64,000 bases of DNA, from assembly GCF_963921235.1 (NCBI RefSeq), contig NC_086097.1:114082001-114146000 (forward strand), given 5' to 3'. The first letter of the stretch is position 1. The number at the start of each line of letters is the position of its first letter. The stretch is from Mobula hypostoma. Lineage: Eukaryota. This document shows positions 25,714 through 36,147 of the stretch, piece after piece. The notes under the pieces were generated by a model. That model was given only the letters and a program-made list of their open reading frames with translations, ran no database searches and was not told the DNA's origin. The position numbers were made by a program, and so were the translations under genes.

Positions 25714-27269
25714 CTATAAAATAAGAGGGATTTTCTTGTTTATTAATTCAGAGTGCATTGTTGTTGTTGGCAATGCTACCATGTATTATCCATCCCACAC
25801 TGTCTCTGAAACTGAGGAGACAACAGAAATTTAAAGGCATAATGCCCTGTCATTTTAAGGGTTGTATCAATTTCTTCATACTTTTGCATGTAGAATTACA
25901 CATTCCCACATACTGCAGACATGAAGACTGCCAACGACAGGCCTCTTCACTCATGAAGAAGTAATAAAGAAACTTGGTAAATGGTGTATTGCTCCCCGAA
26001 TAAATTTCTATGGAAAATCATTATTACTCTGGGTAATTTCCAGGGACAGCAAAGAAATGAGTTTAAACAAATCATAAAACAAAGCATGCCAGGTTCACTT
26101 GTAGACTTCAATTGAATCCCCAGTTTGGTAATGATGCTTAATATCTTTAACAGAGTTTCTCAATGTTTTATGTAAAGCAATGGGGACACTTGTGAAACGA
26201 ACTGGTAAAGCTTCAATATTTCAGATTCTTTGGAGTAGTCAGCAGTAGTAAATCAAGATCTTATTATTTATCAGCCAGTCACCATCTCCCAAAATGAGGA
26301 GAAACTTTCTAGCGTCTAGACCTGTACTCTTTCATTTGTCCCCCCATCTCCCCCATCCCTCTCTTAGTTTGTTTCCCAATATATACTTAAACACACTTCT
26401 AATAATCGGTAATTAAAATAGCTTGAATTGTTTCAAAATTTTATTCTTTCAGACGATATGTACAGCATGTCGATGACAATGCTCCTATTCTTTGTCCACC
26501 CCTGAACTGATGTGGCAATTATGAGTTAACAATATCAGTATGCCTCAAGTCACTTATGTCAGACTAAGTAAGAATAATGAATTTGCTTCTCTGGAGTATT
26601 TCAAAACTGTTGCCAGGTCTTGTCTAAAAATCCAACCCAGACACAGACACTTTAACCAAATGTGCTTTTCAGCTACGAGGGTTAATATTGAAATAATGAA
26701 ATACAGGCATACAGCACTTGATAACTACTGTATATAATGAAGTAATTCCATGATAGCATATTTTATTTATTATGCTTATAGAAGATATTTTTTCAGGGAA
26801 AGGTTAAAGGTTCAGGTTTTGCTTGGCTGTTTTAGTTTAAAGAACTTAAGACCTTCGAGAATTGTATTGTCATTTGTGAATGTGGACCTTATTGATGAGG
26901 CCAGCATTTACTGAACCAGTTTAACCATTATTATTGAGTAGGCAGTGGTGAATTACCATCTTGAACTGTTTCAGCTTATGCAATGAAAACACTTCCATTT
27001 CTGTTAGATCTGGAATAGCAAGATTCCATAAAGATGAAGAATAGCAAACTCTTTTCAAATCAGAACAAGATGTCAATTGAAGACAGCTTACAGTAGTGGT
27101 ACCCCTATGTACCTACTGTCCTGTCCATGAAAGTGTCACAAGTCATAGTCATAGGATGCACTGGTGAATAAACCATAGCAAGTGCTTCTTTTAGATGGTG
27201 AACATTGCAGCCAGCGAGAGTGACTAAAATGAGTAGATGATTAAAATGGCAAATGGGAAGCTGGTCCCT

Positions 27270-28750
27270 CTTTCAGCTCCTCCCACTTTCTCCAGACTCA
27301 AGGGGTAGCCATGGGCCCCAGCTATGCCTGGCTCTTTGTTGTCTATGTAGATCAGTCCACGTTTCAAGCCTCCCCCAGTAATGCTCCCCAGCTCTTCCTC
27401 CGCTGCATTGATGACTGCATTGGTGCTGCTTCATGCACACATGCTGAACTCCTCAATTTCATCAACTTTGCCTTTAACTTCCACTCTGCCCTGTAATTCA
27501 ATAGGTCCATTTCTGACATCTCCCTACCCTTTCTCAATTTTTCTGTCTCCATCTCTGGAGGCAAACTGCTGACTGACATCTTTAATAAACCTACTGATAC
27601 CCATGGTTATCTTGACTATACCCCTTCCCAGCCTACCTCCTGTAAAAATGCTATCTCTTTTGTCAGCTCCTTCACCTCTGTTCCCAGGATGTGGCTTTCC
27701 TTTCTAGGACATCAGAGATGTCTTCCTTCTTCAAAGAATAGGGCTTCCTATCTTCCACCATTACTGCTGCCTTCACCTGCAACTCCTCCTTTTCCCAAAC
27801 ATCTACACTCACCCCAGCCTCTGGCCTAACAGTGATAGAGTTCTTCTTGTACTTATGTATGACGCCATGAGCCTCCACATCCACCATCACCAAAGAGATC
27901 CCACCACTATCTTTACCTCCCCCCTCCACCTTCTGCTTTCCACAGGGATTGCTTCCTCCATGATTCCCTTGTCCATTCATCCCTTCACACTAATTTCCCT
28001 CCTGGTATTTATTCCTGCAAGCGGCCCAAGTGCTACACCTGTCCCTACACCTCCTCCCTCAGCTCAATTAAAGGTCCAAACAGTCCTTCCAGGTGAGGCA
28101 ACACTTCACTTACGAATCTGCAGGGTTCGTCTATTGTGTCCGGTGCTCCTGATAGGGCCTCCTCTACATTGGTGGGACCAGTTGTAAATTAGAGGAGCGT
28201 TTCATTGAGCACTTCTGCTCCATCCACCAAAAACAGAACTTTCCAGTGGCCAAATGCTTTAATTTCGATTCCCATTCCTGTTCCAACACGTCAGTCCTTG
28301 ACTTCCGCTTGTGCCAAGATGAGGCCACTCTCAGGGTGGAGGAGCAAAACCTTATATTCCATCTGTGCAGCCTCTGACCTGTTGAAATGAATATTCATTT
28401 CTCCTTCCAGTAAAAAAATCCCTTCTCTTCCCTTCTTCTCCTATTCCGAATTCTGACCTCTTACCTTTTCTCACCTGCATATCACCCCGTACCCCCCCCC
28501 ACGGGCTATCATCCCCCTTCCCTTTCTCCTGTGGTTCTCTCTCCTCTCCTGTCAGATTCCTTCCTTTCCAGCCCTTTATCTTTCCAACTCTTCTGGCTTC
28601 AGTTTCTAGCTATCCTTCTTTCCCTCCTCCTGGCACCTCCCCCCTCCTCTACAGTCCAGAAGAAGGGTCTCAGCCCACACCATCAACTGTTTATTCATTT
28701 CTCTAGATGCTGCCTGACCTCCTGAGTTCCTCCAGCATCCTTAAATGTGT
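27270..28750 (+). mobile_element. Penelope-like element (RT, GIY-YIG, pLTR), decayed
   Basis: MGPSYAWLFV...FLRCIDDCIGAASCTHAEL; downstream GIY-YIG remnant and pLTR. Confidence 0.88.
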
Positions 28751-29212
28751 GGAGCTGGTGAAATAAGTTGCTTTGTGATGAGTACTAGTGAGAAGTTTGC
28801 ATGCTGCTGGACCCATCCCAGCAAGTGGACTGTGTTCCACAGTGCACCGGAATTGTACTTTGTAGCTGTTTAAAAGGCTTGGGGCATCACAAGGTGAGCC
28901 AGTCATTGCAAATGCTCAATATCTAACCCCACAGTGTTTTTGTGGGTGGGGCCGTTCCCCCAACCCCTCCCAGACAGTCAATAATGAAGGATTCACTGAC
29001 AACAGTGCTGTTGTATGTCAAAAGAGGGCAAATAAACCCCCTTTTGATGGTCACTCACTGGAAATATGTGGTGTGAACTTTACTTTTCTTTTACCAGTCC
29101 ATGTCTGAATGTTATCGGGTCTTAAAATGTGTGGCCTGTTATCTGATGTACTTCAACTGTACTGAACGCAATCTTGAAGGAATGATCTCGGACTGAAGAA
29201 GGCTGTTGATGG

Positions 29213-29482
29213 GTGCCATGGTAATGTAGCGGCTCGTGTGACACTATTAACACTTGGGGCGCTCCTGAATTCGAAGTTCGTTGCCAGTGCGTTTGCAAGG
29301 AGTTTGTATGTTCTCCCCATGGACCGCATGGGTTTCCTCTGGGTGCTCCTGTTTCCTCGCACTGTCCAAGGGTGTTCCAGTTAGCAGGTTAGTTGGTCAT
29401 TGTAACTTGTCCTGTAATTAATCTAGTGTTAAATAGGTGAGCTGCTGGGCATCGCAGCTCAATGTGTCAGAAGAGCCTGTTC
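29213..29482 (+). mobile_element. V-domain tRNA-derived SINE
   Basis: V-core GGAGTTTGTATGTTCTCCCC...GGGTTTCCTCTGGGTGCTCC..TTTCCTC; related copies at about 41737-42022 (-), 45095-45310 (-), 52335-52470 (-) and 62790-63000 (-). Confidence 0.75.
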
Positions 29483-29489
29483 AGGGCCC

Positions 29490-29852
29490 CTGGTCCCTCT
29501 CTCATGTTACCTCCTTGCCCATCCATTGCCTCCCTCTGGTGCTCCTCCCCACCCACCCCCCACCCCCACTTTTTTCTTTCTCCCATGGCCTTCTGTCTCT
29601 TTCACCAATCAACTTCCTAGCTCTTTGCTTCATCCCTCCTCCTCCAAGTTTCACCTATCGCCTGATGTTTCTCTCTCCCCTCCCCCACCTTTCAAATCTA
29701 CTCCTCAGCTTTTTTTCTCCCGTCCTGCCAAAGGGTTTCGGCCTGAAACATCGACTGTACTTTTTTCCATAGATGCTGCCTGGCCCGCTGAGTTCCTCCA
29801 GCATTTTGTGTGTGTTGCTCGGATTTCCAGCATCTGCAGATTTTCTCTTGTT
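29490..29852 (+). mobile_element. Penelope pseudo-LTR
   Basis: Pyrimidine-rich body, hammerhead-like motif at 29720-29757 and the GATGCTG...CAGCATC terminal hairpin. Confidence 0.8.
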
Positions 29853-30164
29853 TTTGCAGCATCTGGAGAAAGTTCACCAAAGTATTGCAGTAAGGAATTC
29901 CTGCAATCTTATACCAGGGTGAGATCACAAGACACCCACAGCAAAACTCTACTTGCTATTGCTTTCCTTCACTGGGATCACTGATAGCAGCTGACATTTC
30001 GCCAAAGACCCTTCTTCAGACATTGCAAGCTTTCTCTCAATTAAGTTGTCTGATTTTGCTCTAACTGTGTGGTTGTAATCCAGACAACATGATTTTGTCT
30101 CATTTTGTGAAAAAACTGTGTATAGGGAGGAGCATTCAATCACACAGCTATTTAGAAGATAGAA

Positions 30165-31040
30165 CAGAGAACAGAGGATAGTATAGCACAGTACAGGCCA
30201 CTCAGCCCACAATGTTGTGCTGACCCTTAAACCCTGCCTCCTATATAACCCCTCAAGTTAAATTCCTCCATATACCTGTCTAGTAGTCTCTTAAATTTCA
30301 CTAGTGTATCTGCCTCCACCACTGACTCAGGCAGTGCATTCCACACACCAACCACTCTCTTGAATAAAAAACCTTTCTCTAATATCCCCCTTGAACTTCC
30401 CACCCCTTACCTTAAAGCCATGTCCTCTTGTATTGAGCAGTGGTGCCCGGGGGAAGAGGTGCTGACTGTCCACTCTATCTATTCCTGTTAATATCTTGTA
30501 CACCTCTATCATGTCTCCTCTCATCCTCCTTCTCTTGAAAGAGTAAAGCCCTAGCTCCCTTAATCTCTAATCATAATGCATACTCTCTAAACCAGGCAAC
30601 ATCCTGGTAAATCTCCTCTGTACCCTTTCCAATGCTTCCACTTCCTTCCTCATCCTTCCTATAGTGAGGCAACCTGAACTGGACACAGTACTCCAAGTGT
30701 GGCTTAACCAGAGTTTTATAGACCTGATCATTACCTCACGACTCTTAAACTCTATCCCTCGACTTATGAAAGCTAACACTCCATAAACTTTCTTAACTAC
30801 CCTATCTACCTGTGAGGCAACTTTCAGGGATCTGTGGATATGTACCCCAGATCCCTCTGCCCCTCCACACTACCAAGTATCCTGCCATTTACTTTGTACT
30901 CTGCCTTGGAGTTTGTCCTTCCAATGTGTACCACCTCACACTTCTCTGGGTTGAACTCCATCTGCCACTTCTCAGCCCACTTCTGTATCCTATCAATGTC
31001 TCTCTGCAATCTTCGACAATCCTCCACACTATCTACAATC
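30165..31040 (-). mobile_element. CR1 LINE ORF2/3' fragment
   Basis: LQRDIDRIQKWAEKWQMEFNPEKCEVVH; LERVQRRFTRMLPG; RGDMIEVYKI. Confidence 0.9.
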
Positions 31041-31362
31041 TGGATCACAACCATACAGTGCAGGTTAATAAATCTGCTGAGACATAAGTTAGTTATGATC
31101 CTACTTTCAATGGCTAAAGACTGAGGAAACTTCTATTCAGATAAAGAAGAATCTTGTTGGATTATCACGAAAGAGGCAACATGTTCCCAATGCAAATAGT
31201 AACATTGCTCACTTCATTCGAAAGGAAAACAATCTTAGCTGGAAATTTGATTTACTGAATCTTACCGAAAGTGACATCATCACTGTGTGATGGCAGTGGG
31301 TTTGCTGTCCATGAAGCTCTGAACTCAAATGAAGATCTTAAGCCCTATCAGATATAGATAGC

Positions 31363-32367
31363 TGTGGGCACCCTCGCTAAACGGGGGTTATACTGTAGCC
31401 ACCTGCGCTTCAAAGGCTCGATCACATTCCTGTTTATCCTCCATGGCAAGTTTAGCAGCCTATACCCACTATTTGAGCAGTGGGCCTTCCCTCCCTACCA
31501 AGAAGATGATACTTTCAGCTAACAAAATAATCTAAGTATAGTTCTTTTATTTTTGGTGATACACATTTAAATATAGATACAATTCTTAAAACAGATTTAA
31601 AACTAACAAAGGATTTCAATCTTATATAAAGTGTCCAAACTACAAACAATTTCTAAAACACAAGGGATTTCCAAAACACAGGTACAATTCTTATAACTAA
31701 AAAGACATAAAAAGAATGAGTCATCTATCACAGAAATTGTAGACAAAGGAATGGATTCTAGTCACCTTGTCTTTCTGTCATTCTTCCTGTTAATCCTTGA
31801 CTATTCCTAACAAGCGTGACTGCTCTCTGATATTTATACTGCTTTTTTTTTGCTTCTTATTTTTTCTGATACCTTTGCTGGGAAATTCATATGGATGGTC
31901 TAAAATCTCTTGGGGATCAGAGATCCCAGACACCCAAAAGGAATGCTCTAACAGCTGACTCCCTGAGTATATAAATCTCCCAACCATTGATAGATCAGCT
32001 ATTTCATCTGCTAGGTGATTGTATCAGTCTGGTCAGCAATCTTCCTCGAACTAGAGTAAATAACTTAGCCAGGCCCAGTTAACACTACCCCTTTATCTTA
32101 CACTGTATCTCTTGAGCACCTAGCCTCATGCTGTGCAGGCATCCTGTGCTCTATGGACCGTGCTGTATATTTACAAAGTTGTCCTTTTAACTTCAGACTG
32201 ATTATTGCTCGCAGTTTATACTAAGAATTAAAAACTGATTCTTGTTTGCAACAAGAAGCTGAGCAAGGAGTATTTGTTGGGAGTTTGACTTACTCAAAAG
32301 CAACTCTTTGGTCCCTGGAAGAATCAGCTGCTGTGTTAGAAAGCTGAGCTTGGCAAAAAGGCCCCCA
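31363..32367 (-). mobile_element. Possible solo LTR (about 1 kb)
   Basis: TG...CA termini with imperfect inverted ends (TGTGGGCA / GGCCCCCA); minus-strand TATAAATA near 31836 and AATAAA near 31548; no clear TSD. Confidence 0.4.
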
Positions 32368-32369
32368 GG

Positions 32370-33355
32370 TGTCATGGTCTGGTCCGTGAAGTCTGTATTC
32401 TGGTTCACAGTCCGGTCCATCGACCCTTGCTCCAGGTTTTCCTGTCTACCCTGTTTCCGTTCTTGTTGAGCTCTAATTGAGGCAGATGATGCTCGTTGGG
32501 GCTGGCTGCATAAATACCTTCAGAGACCAGGGCGTGGCTACTGGATTGTTCTTGTCCTTACTCCTTGTATCCCTTCCTCTGCCTTCTGATTCCTCGCCTG
32601 AAGCCTTGCCCGGTAACTCTCGCCTCACCTGAAGCTCTCATTCCACCTTGCAATGCCTGAAGCCCTGCCTTGTCTTGCCAGTAACTCTCGCCTCACCTGA
32701 AGTTCTGTCTTGCCTTGTTTTGCTGTCTTGTGCTGGAGCCACCCTGTACCTAGCTCCCTTCCTGTCCCTTGCTTCCGTCGGGTAAGCCAGGCCGTCTTGC
32801 CATTACCTGCTGTTGGTTCTGTCCCTTCCTGTCCCTTGCCTCCGTTGGGTGGAGATCCACACCCTGCCCAGGAGGAGCTTCCAGTCTCAAGTCTCCAGCC
32901 TCCTGCCAAGCCTCACCTCAAGTCTCAAGTCTCCAGCCTCCTGCCAAGCCTCACCTCAAGTCTCAAGTCTCCAGCCTCCTGCCAAGCCTCACCTCAAGTC
33001 TCAAGTCTCCAGCCTCCTGTCAAGCCTCACCTCAAGTCTCAAGTCTCCAGCCTCCTGCCAAGCCTTGCCTCAAGTCTCTAGACTCTAGCCTCAAGCCTGA
33101 AGACTCCAGCTTCCTGCCTAGCCTCAAGCCTGAAGACTCCAGCCTCCTGCCAAGCCTCGCCTCAAGCCTCTAGCCTCTAGCCTCAAGCCTGAAGACTCCA
33201 GCCTCGTCCTGCCTGCCAGCCAAGCCTCGTCCTTGCCTAGTTCTGGGGTCCGAGCCAGAAGCAAGACCCAGGTACTGGGTCCTTGTCCAGTCTCTGGCTC
33301 GGAGTCCAAGCCCGGGCTCCTAGCTCTCTTGTCCAGTCCTGCCGGCGTGTATGAC
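32370..33355 (+). mobile_element. LTR-like element (family B)
   Basis: TGTCAT...ATGAC termini; CATAAATA box; homologous to the split element at 3253-9486. Confidence 0.7.
32886..33075 (+). repeat. 38-bp tandem repeat, 5 copies
   Basis: Unit CTCAAGTCTCCAGCCTCCTGCCAAGCCTCACCTCAAGT, near-identical and with no spacers. Confidence 0.92.
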
Positions 33356-34592
33356 CAGCGGGACTAATGGAATGGAACGAAGGATTCCAAATAAATTGTG
33401 CGTTGCAAATATTTATGTTTCTGTGGCGTCCATTAATATAGACTGCGGTTTCAATCGGGAAAGAATGGCGCAATTCTATTTTAATATTTCACATCGTCGT
33501 GCGTGTTAATCAATAATGTAAAACAAAAAAAATATATATAGTTGAGTAACTTCTGTGGTAAAAAGCGGTAAATGTCTCTGTGATTACACTACGTGACCAG
33601 CCTGATCTCGAATACAGAATGTATCTATTAAGTGAAGGGAGTGAGGGAAATGTCTTTTATTGAACACAACAAGGTTTTAAAGTTGCAAACTAGAGGTTCT
33701 GTAAATGCACACCATTTCTCAGTGGAAGCAAGAGAATCAAGCAGCAAATGTTTCGAGAATTTTTTATAATTCGATTCCAAGTGGAAGGCTGGTTTTTATT
33801 TAACAATTTCAAACCTTGAAGAGGTTGTTGCACATTATCGAGTGTTCGTTGCCTGTGCTAATAATTGTTGGGCGCACAGCAATGAAACCAGGCTGTGTCG
33901 CTCCCGTTACTGTATTTAGTAGCTGGGTGAACTGCGAATTGACGTTATCGTCGGCTGAAGGTGCTCATCCCGTCCCCCCGGCACAGGCAATTAATCATCC
34001 ACACTGGTGAGAATCAATTGACCAGATCGAGCTTCTAGCTGGCTAAAAGCGTGGCCAGAGGATGAAGCCCGTTTATAATAGCGCTGGGTGCGTGGAAAAG
34101 TCACGTCTGAAGTCTGACTTCATCTTCGCAATACTTTTAAATCGTCCTCACCGTAGGCAGACAAGCACTAAATAAAATGCAACTTCTTCAAGGTTTGGAG
34201 ATGTTAATTGCATACTAAACTCTCACTTTCAATGATTCATGCAAATAACACGAATAATTTGCTATTTAATTCTTTTGCTTCCTATGAGAAATGGTGAGCA
34301 TTTATTTTTACGGGAAATAATATAACTCTTCTCCAGTTAGAAACACCCGATCGACATCTGGCTACAAAGGTCAAAATATATTTTTAAATGGTTACCAAAT
34401 TAAACTCGAACAATATTCGTAAGAAAAACAGCTTGCTATTTATAAATTATATATATAAAGAACCTTGAAATAAAGCTTGTCTAAGGAGCAAGTCCCGTCA
34501 ATAGAAATCCGGAACCATCACATCAGTCACTAGTGACTAAGCAGTAATATTTCGCACATCTGCACTTAGTACTATCTCGTAAAATTCCTTAC

Positions 34593-34778
34593 CAATCGTC
34601 CGAGAATTCTTTTACTTTTCTGGTCGGTGCAATATTCGGCGAAGATATTCTTGTGGATGAAGACTGACATGTTTACAAGAAGCCAGCAGGCGATCCATAA
34701 GAGGAGGCAGACCAGAGCAGATTTCCTAATGGTCTTCGGTTTCAAGTGCCGACAGCCTACACTCCCGAAGGCTGGCAT
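34593..34778 (-). CDS. DIPK1C: DIPK1C/FAM69C-type divergent kinase, coding exon 1 (62 codons: basic N-terminus plus TM/signal anchor)
   Basis: ATG at 34778 (GCGATGC); translates MPAFGS...ALVCLLLWIACWLLVNM...EYCTDQKSKRILGRL, resembling the 'CTDEKSRRILAAL' motif of FAM69C; donor TTG|GTAAGG at 34593, phase 0. Confidence 0.9.
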
Positions 34779-35520
34779 CGCGGAGGTCACTTGTCCGCCT
34801 CCCGTCCTGGGAACCGAATAAACAGGAGGATCGAAGCCGAGTCTCCGGCTCTGCTGACTGTCCCGACATCTCTCTGGGAGCGGCTTCAGCCTCCACAGAG
34901 ACTCGCTCTCGAGCCCGGGTCTCGCCTGTGATGCGCCAAAATGAAGCAAGAACGAGTTCCCCTGGTGTGCGAAACCACACAAACGTCTGACAGTTCGATC
35001 TTTCCTTCGTTCAGCCAATACTTCTGGTAAAATGTGCGCATACACGAAATATTCTCTAACAAGAAGACAGACTTATGCCGAAGCCTTTCTTTTCACAGAG
35101 GTTCTCTCAGTTTAATGTTTAAGCCACGTGCTTCCGCATTTCTCCTGCTGTCACTGGCTGAGTGCCACAACCATGGAGCGGGAACTTTGACTGATGTGAC
35201 CCCGGGCTGCCCCCGTGGAATGTTGCTCGCCATTTCAAGTTTATTTTTTTTAGTTAGGAGACAAAGAGAGAGAAGGGCATGAACTCAATTGATCACAATT
35301 GCCACACAGCGGCGGGGGGACGCGTTGCCTGGGAAATAACTGCGCCTGTGCGGAGCTGAATACGATCGGCTGGTGAAATAGAACTAAGCCTACATCCTAG
35401 GGAATAAACTAAAGCAGTATGTATGGGGGCGGGGGGGGGGTGTTCGGGATGTGGTGTGGCGCGACTGATTTCACTCTGTGAAACACTGGGGCGCACTGGT
35501 GCCACGTAACATGCAGTCTA
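34700..35520 (-). promoter_or_regulatory. CpG-rich 5'UTR/promoter region of the DIPK1C-type gene
   Basis: Non-repetitive and visibly CpG-retaining compared with the CpG-depleted window; G-rich GC-box-like tracts near 35310 and 35425-35440; directly upstream of exon 1. Confidence 0.65.
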
Positions 35521-35537
35521 ACCCATCGCTCTCTATG

Positions 35538-35560
35538 CACACACACACACACACACACAC
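35538..35560. repeat. (CA)n microsatellite
   Basis: cacacacacacacacacacacac, 23 bp. Confidence 0.95.
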
Positions 35561-36118
35561 TGTTCCTACAAGTTCGCCTCAAAAATCATGAACTTTTGCG
35601 TCTGTTCTTATCCTGACGCATTCCTCAATTGCATGGTGGAAACGAAAGCCGGCTGTACACCGTCCCTGTTCTCAATGCCAACAGACACTTCTGTGGTTCT
35701 TCCCGCTCTGGTCAAGCGGCTGTACGCTTAATTCTTCCGCTCTTTCACAGCCTGACCGAGATGAGTCTTGGTGTCTGTAACTCTTTCCCCCGAATTTCGA
35801 TCATGTGCTTAAGGAATAGTCCTCCCTGCAACATCGGAAAGGGTCATTTGTCCTCACCCCTTCATCTCTCCATTACACCCCGTCCTCCCTCCTCACATCG
35901 CCCTGCTTAGGCAGTAAAGGTGTTGCGATACCTTCTGTCTGTTCTGTATCAAACATGTGCCCGTTCTTCAAGTTTCTAAATACTGACCCGCTTCTTCGTC
36001 AACCCCACCTCCTTGCCCACCACCCCCTCACCTGGCTTCACCTATCTCTTGCCAGCTCGTACTCTTTCCCCTCCCCCTCCCCCAGTTTCCATGTTCCGAT
36101 TTCTTCCCCCTTCCTTTC

Positions 36119-36147
36119 CAGTCCTGATGAAGCTGAAACGTCAACTG
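36119..36147 (+). ncRNA. Hammerhead ribozyme motif with canonical core but helix II reduced to 4 nt, in a Penelope pLTR (about 36000-36243)
   Basis: CAGTC CTGATGA AGCT GAAAC GTC AACTG. Confidence 0.6.

Noticed and set aside
32886..33075. CRISPR-like regular 38-bp repeats
   Set aside because: Head-to-tail tandem units with no unique spacers, in eukaryotic DNA with no cas genes.
34525..34538. 14-bp palindrome AGTCACTAGTGACT near the exon 1 donor
   Set aside because: Short enough to arise by chance in 64 kb; no supporting context.
34779..35045. N-terminal extension of the exon 1 ORF to 157 aa
   Set aside because: Begins at GTG with no upstream in-frame ATG; family similarity starts at the ATG at 34778.
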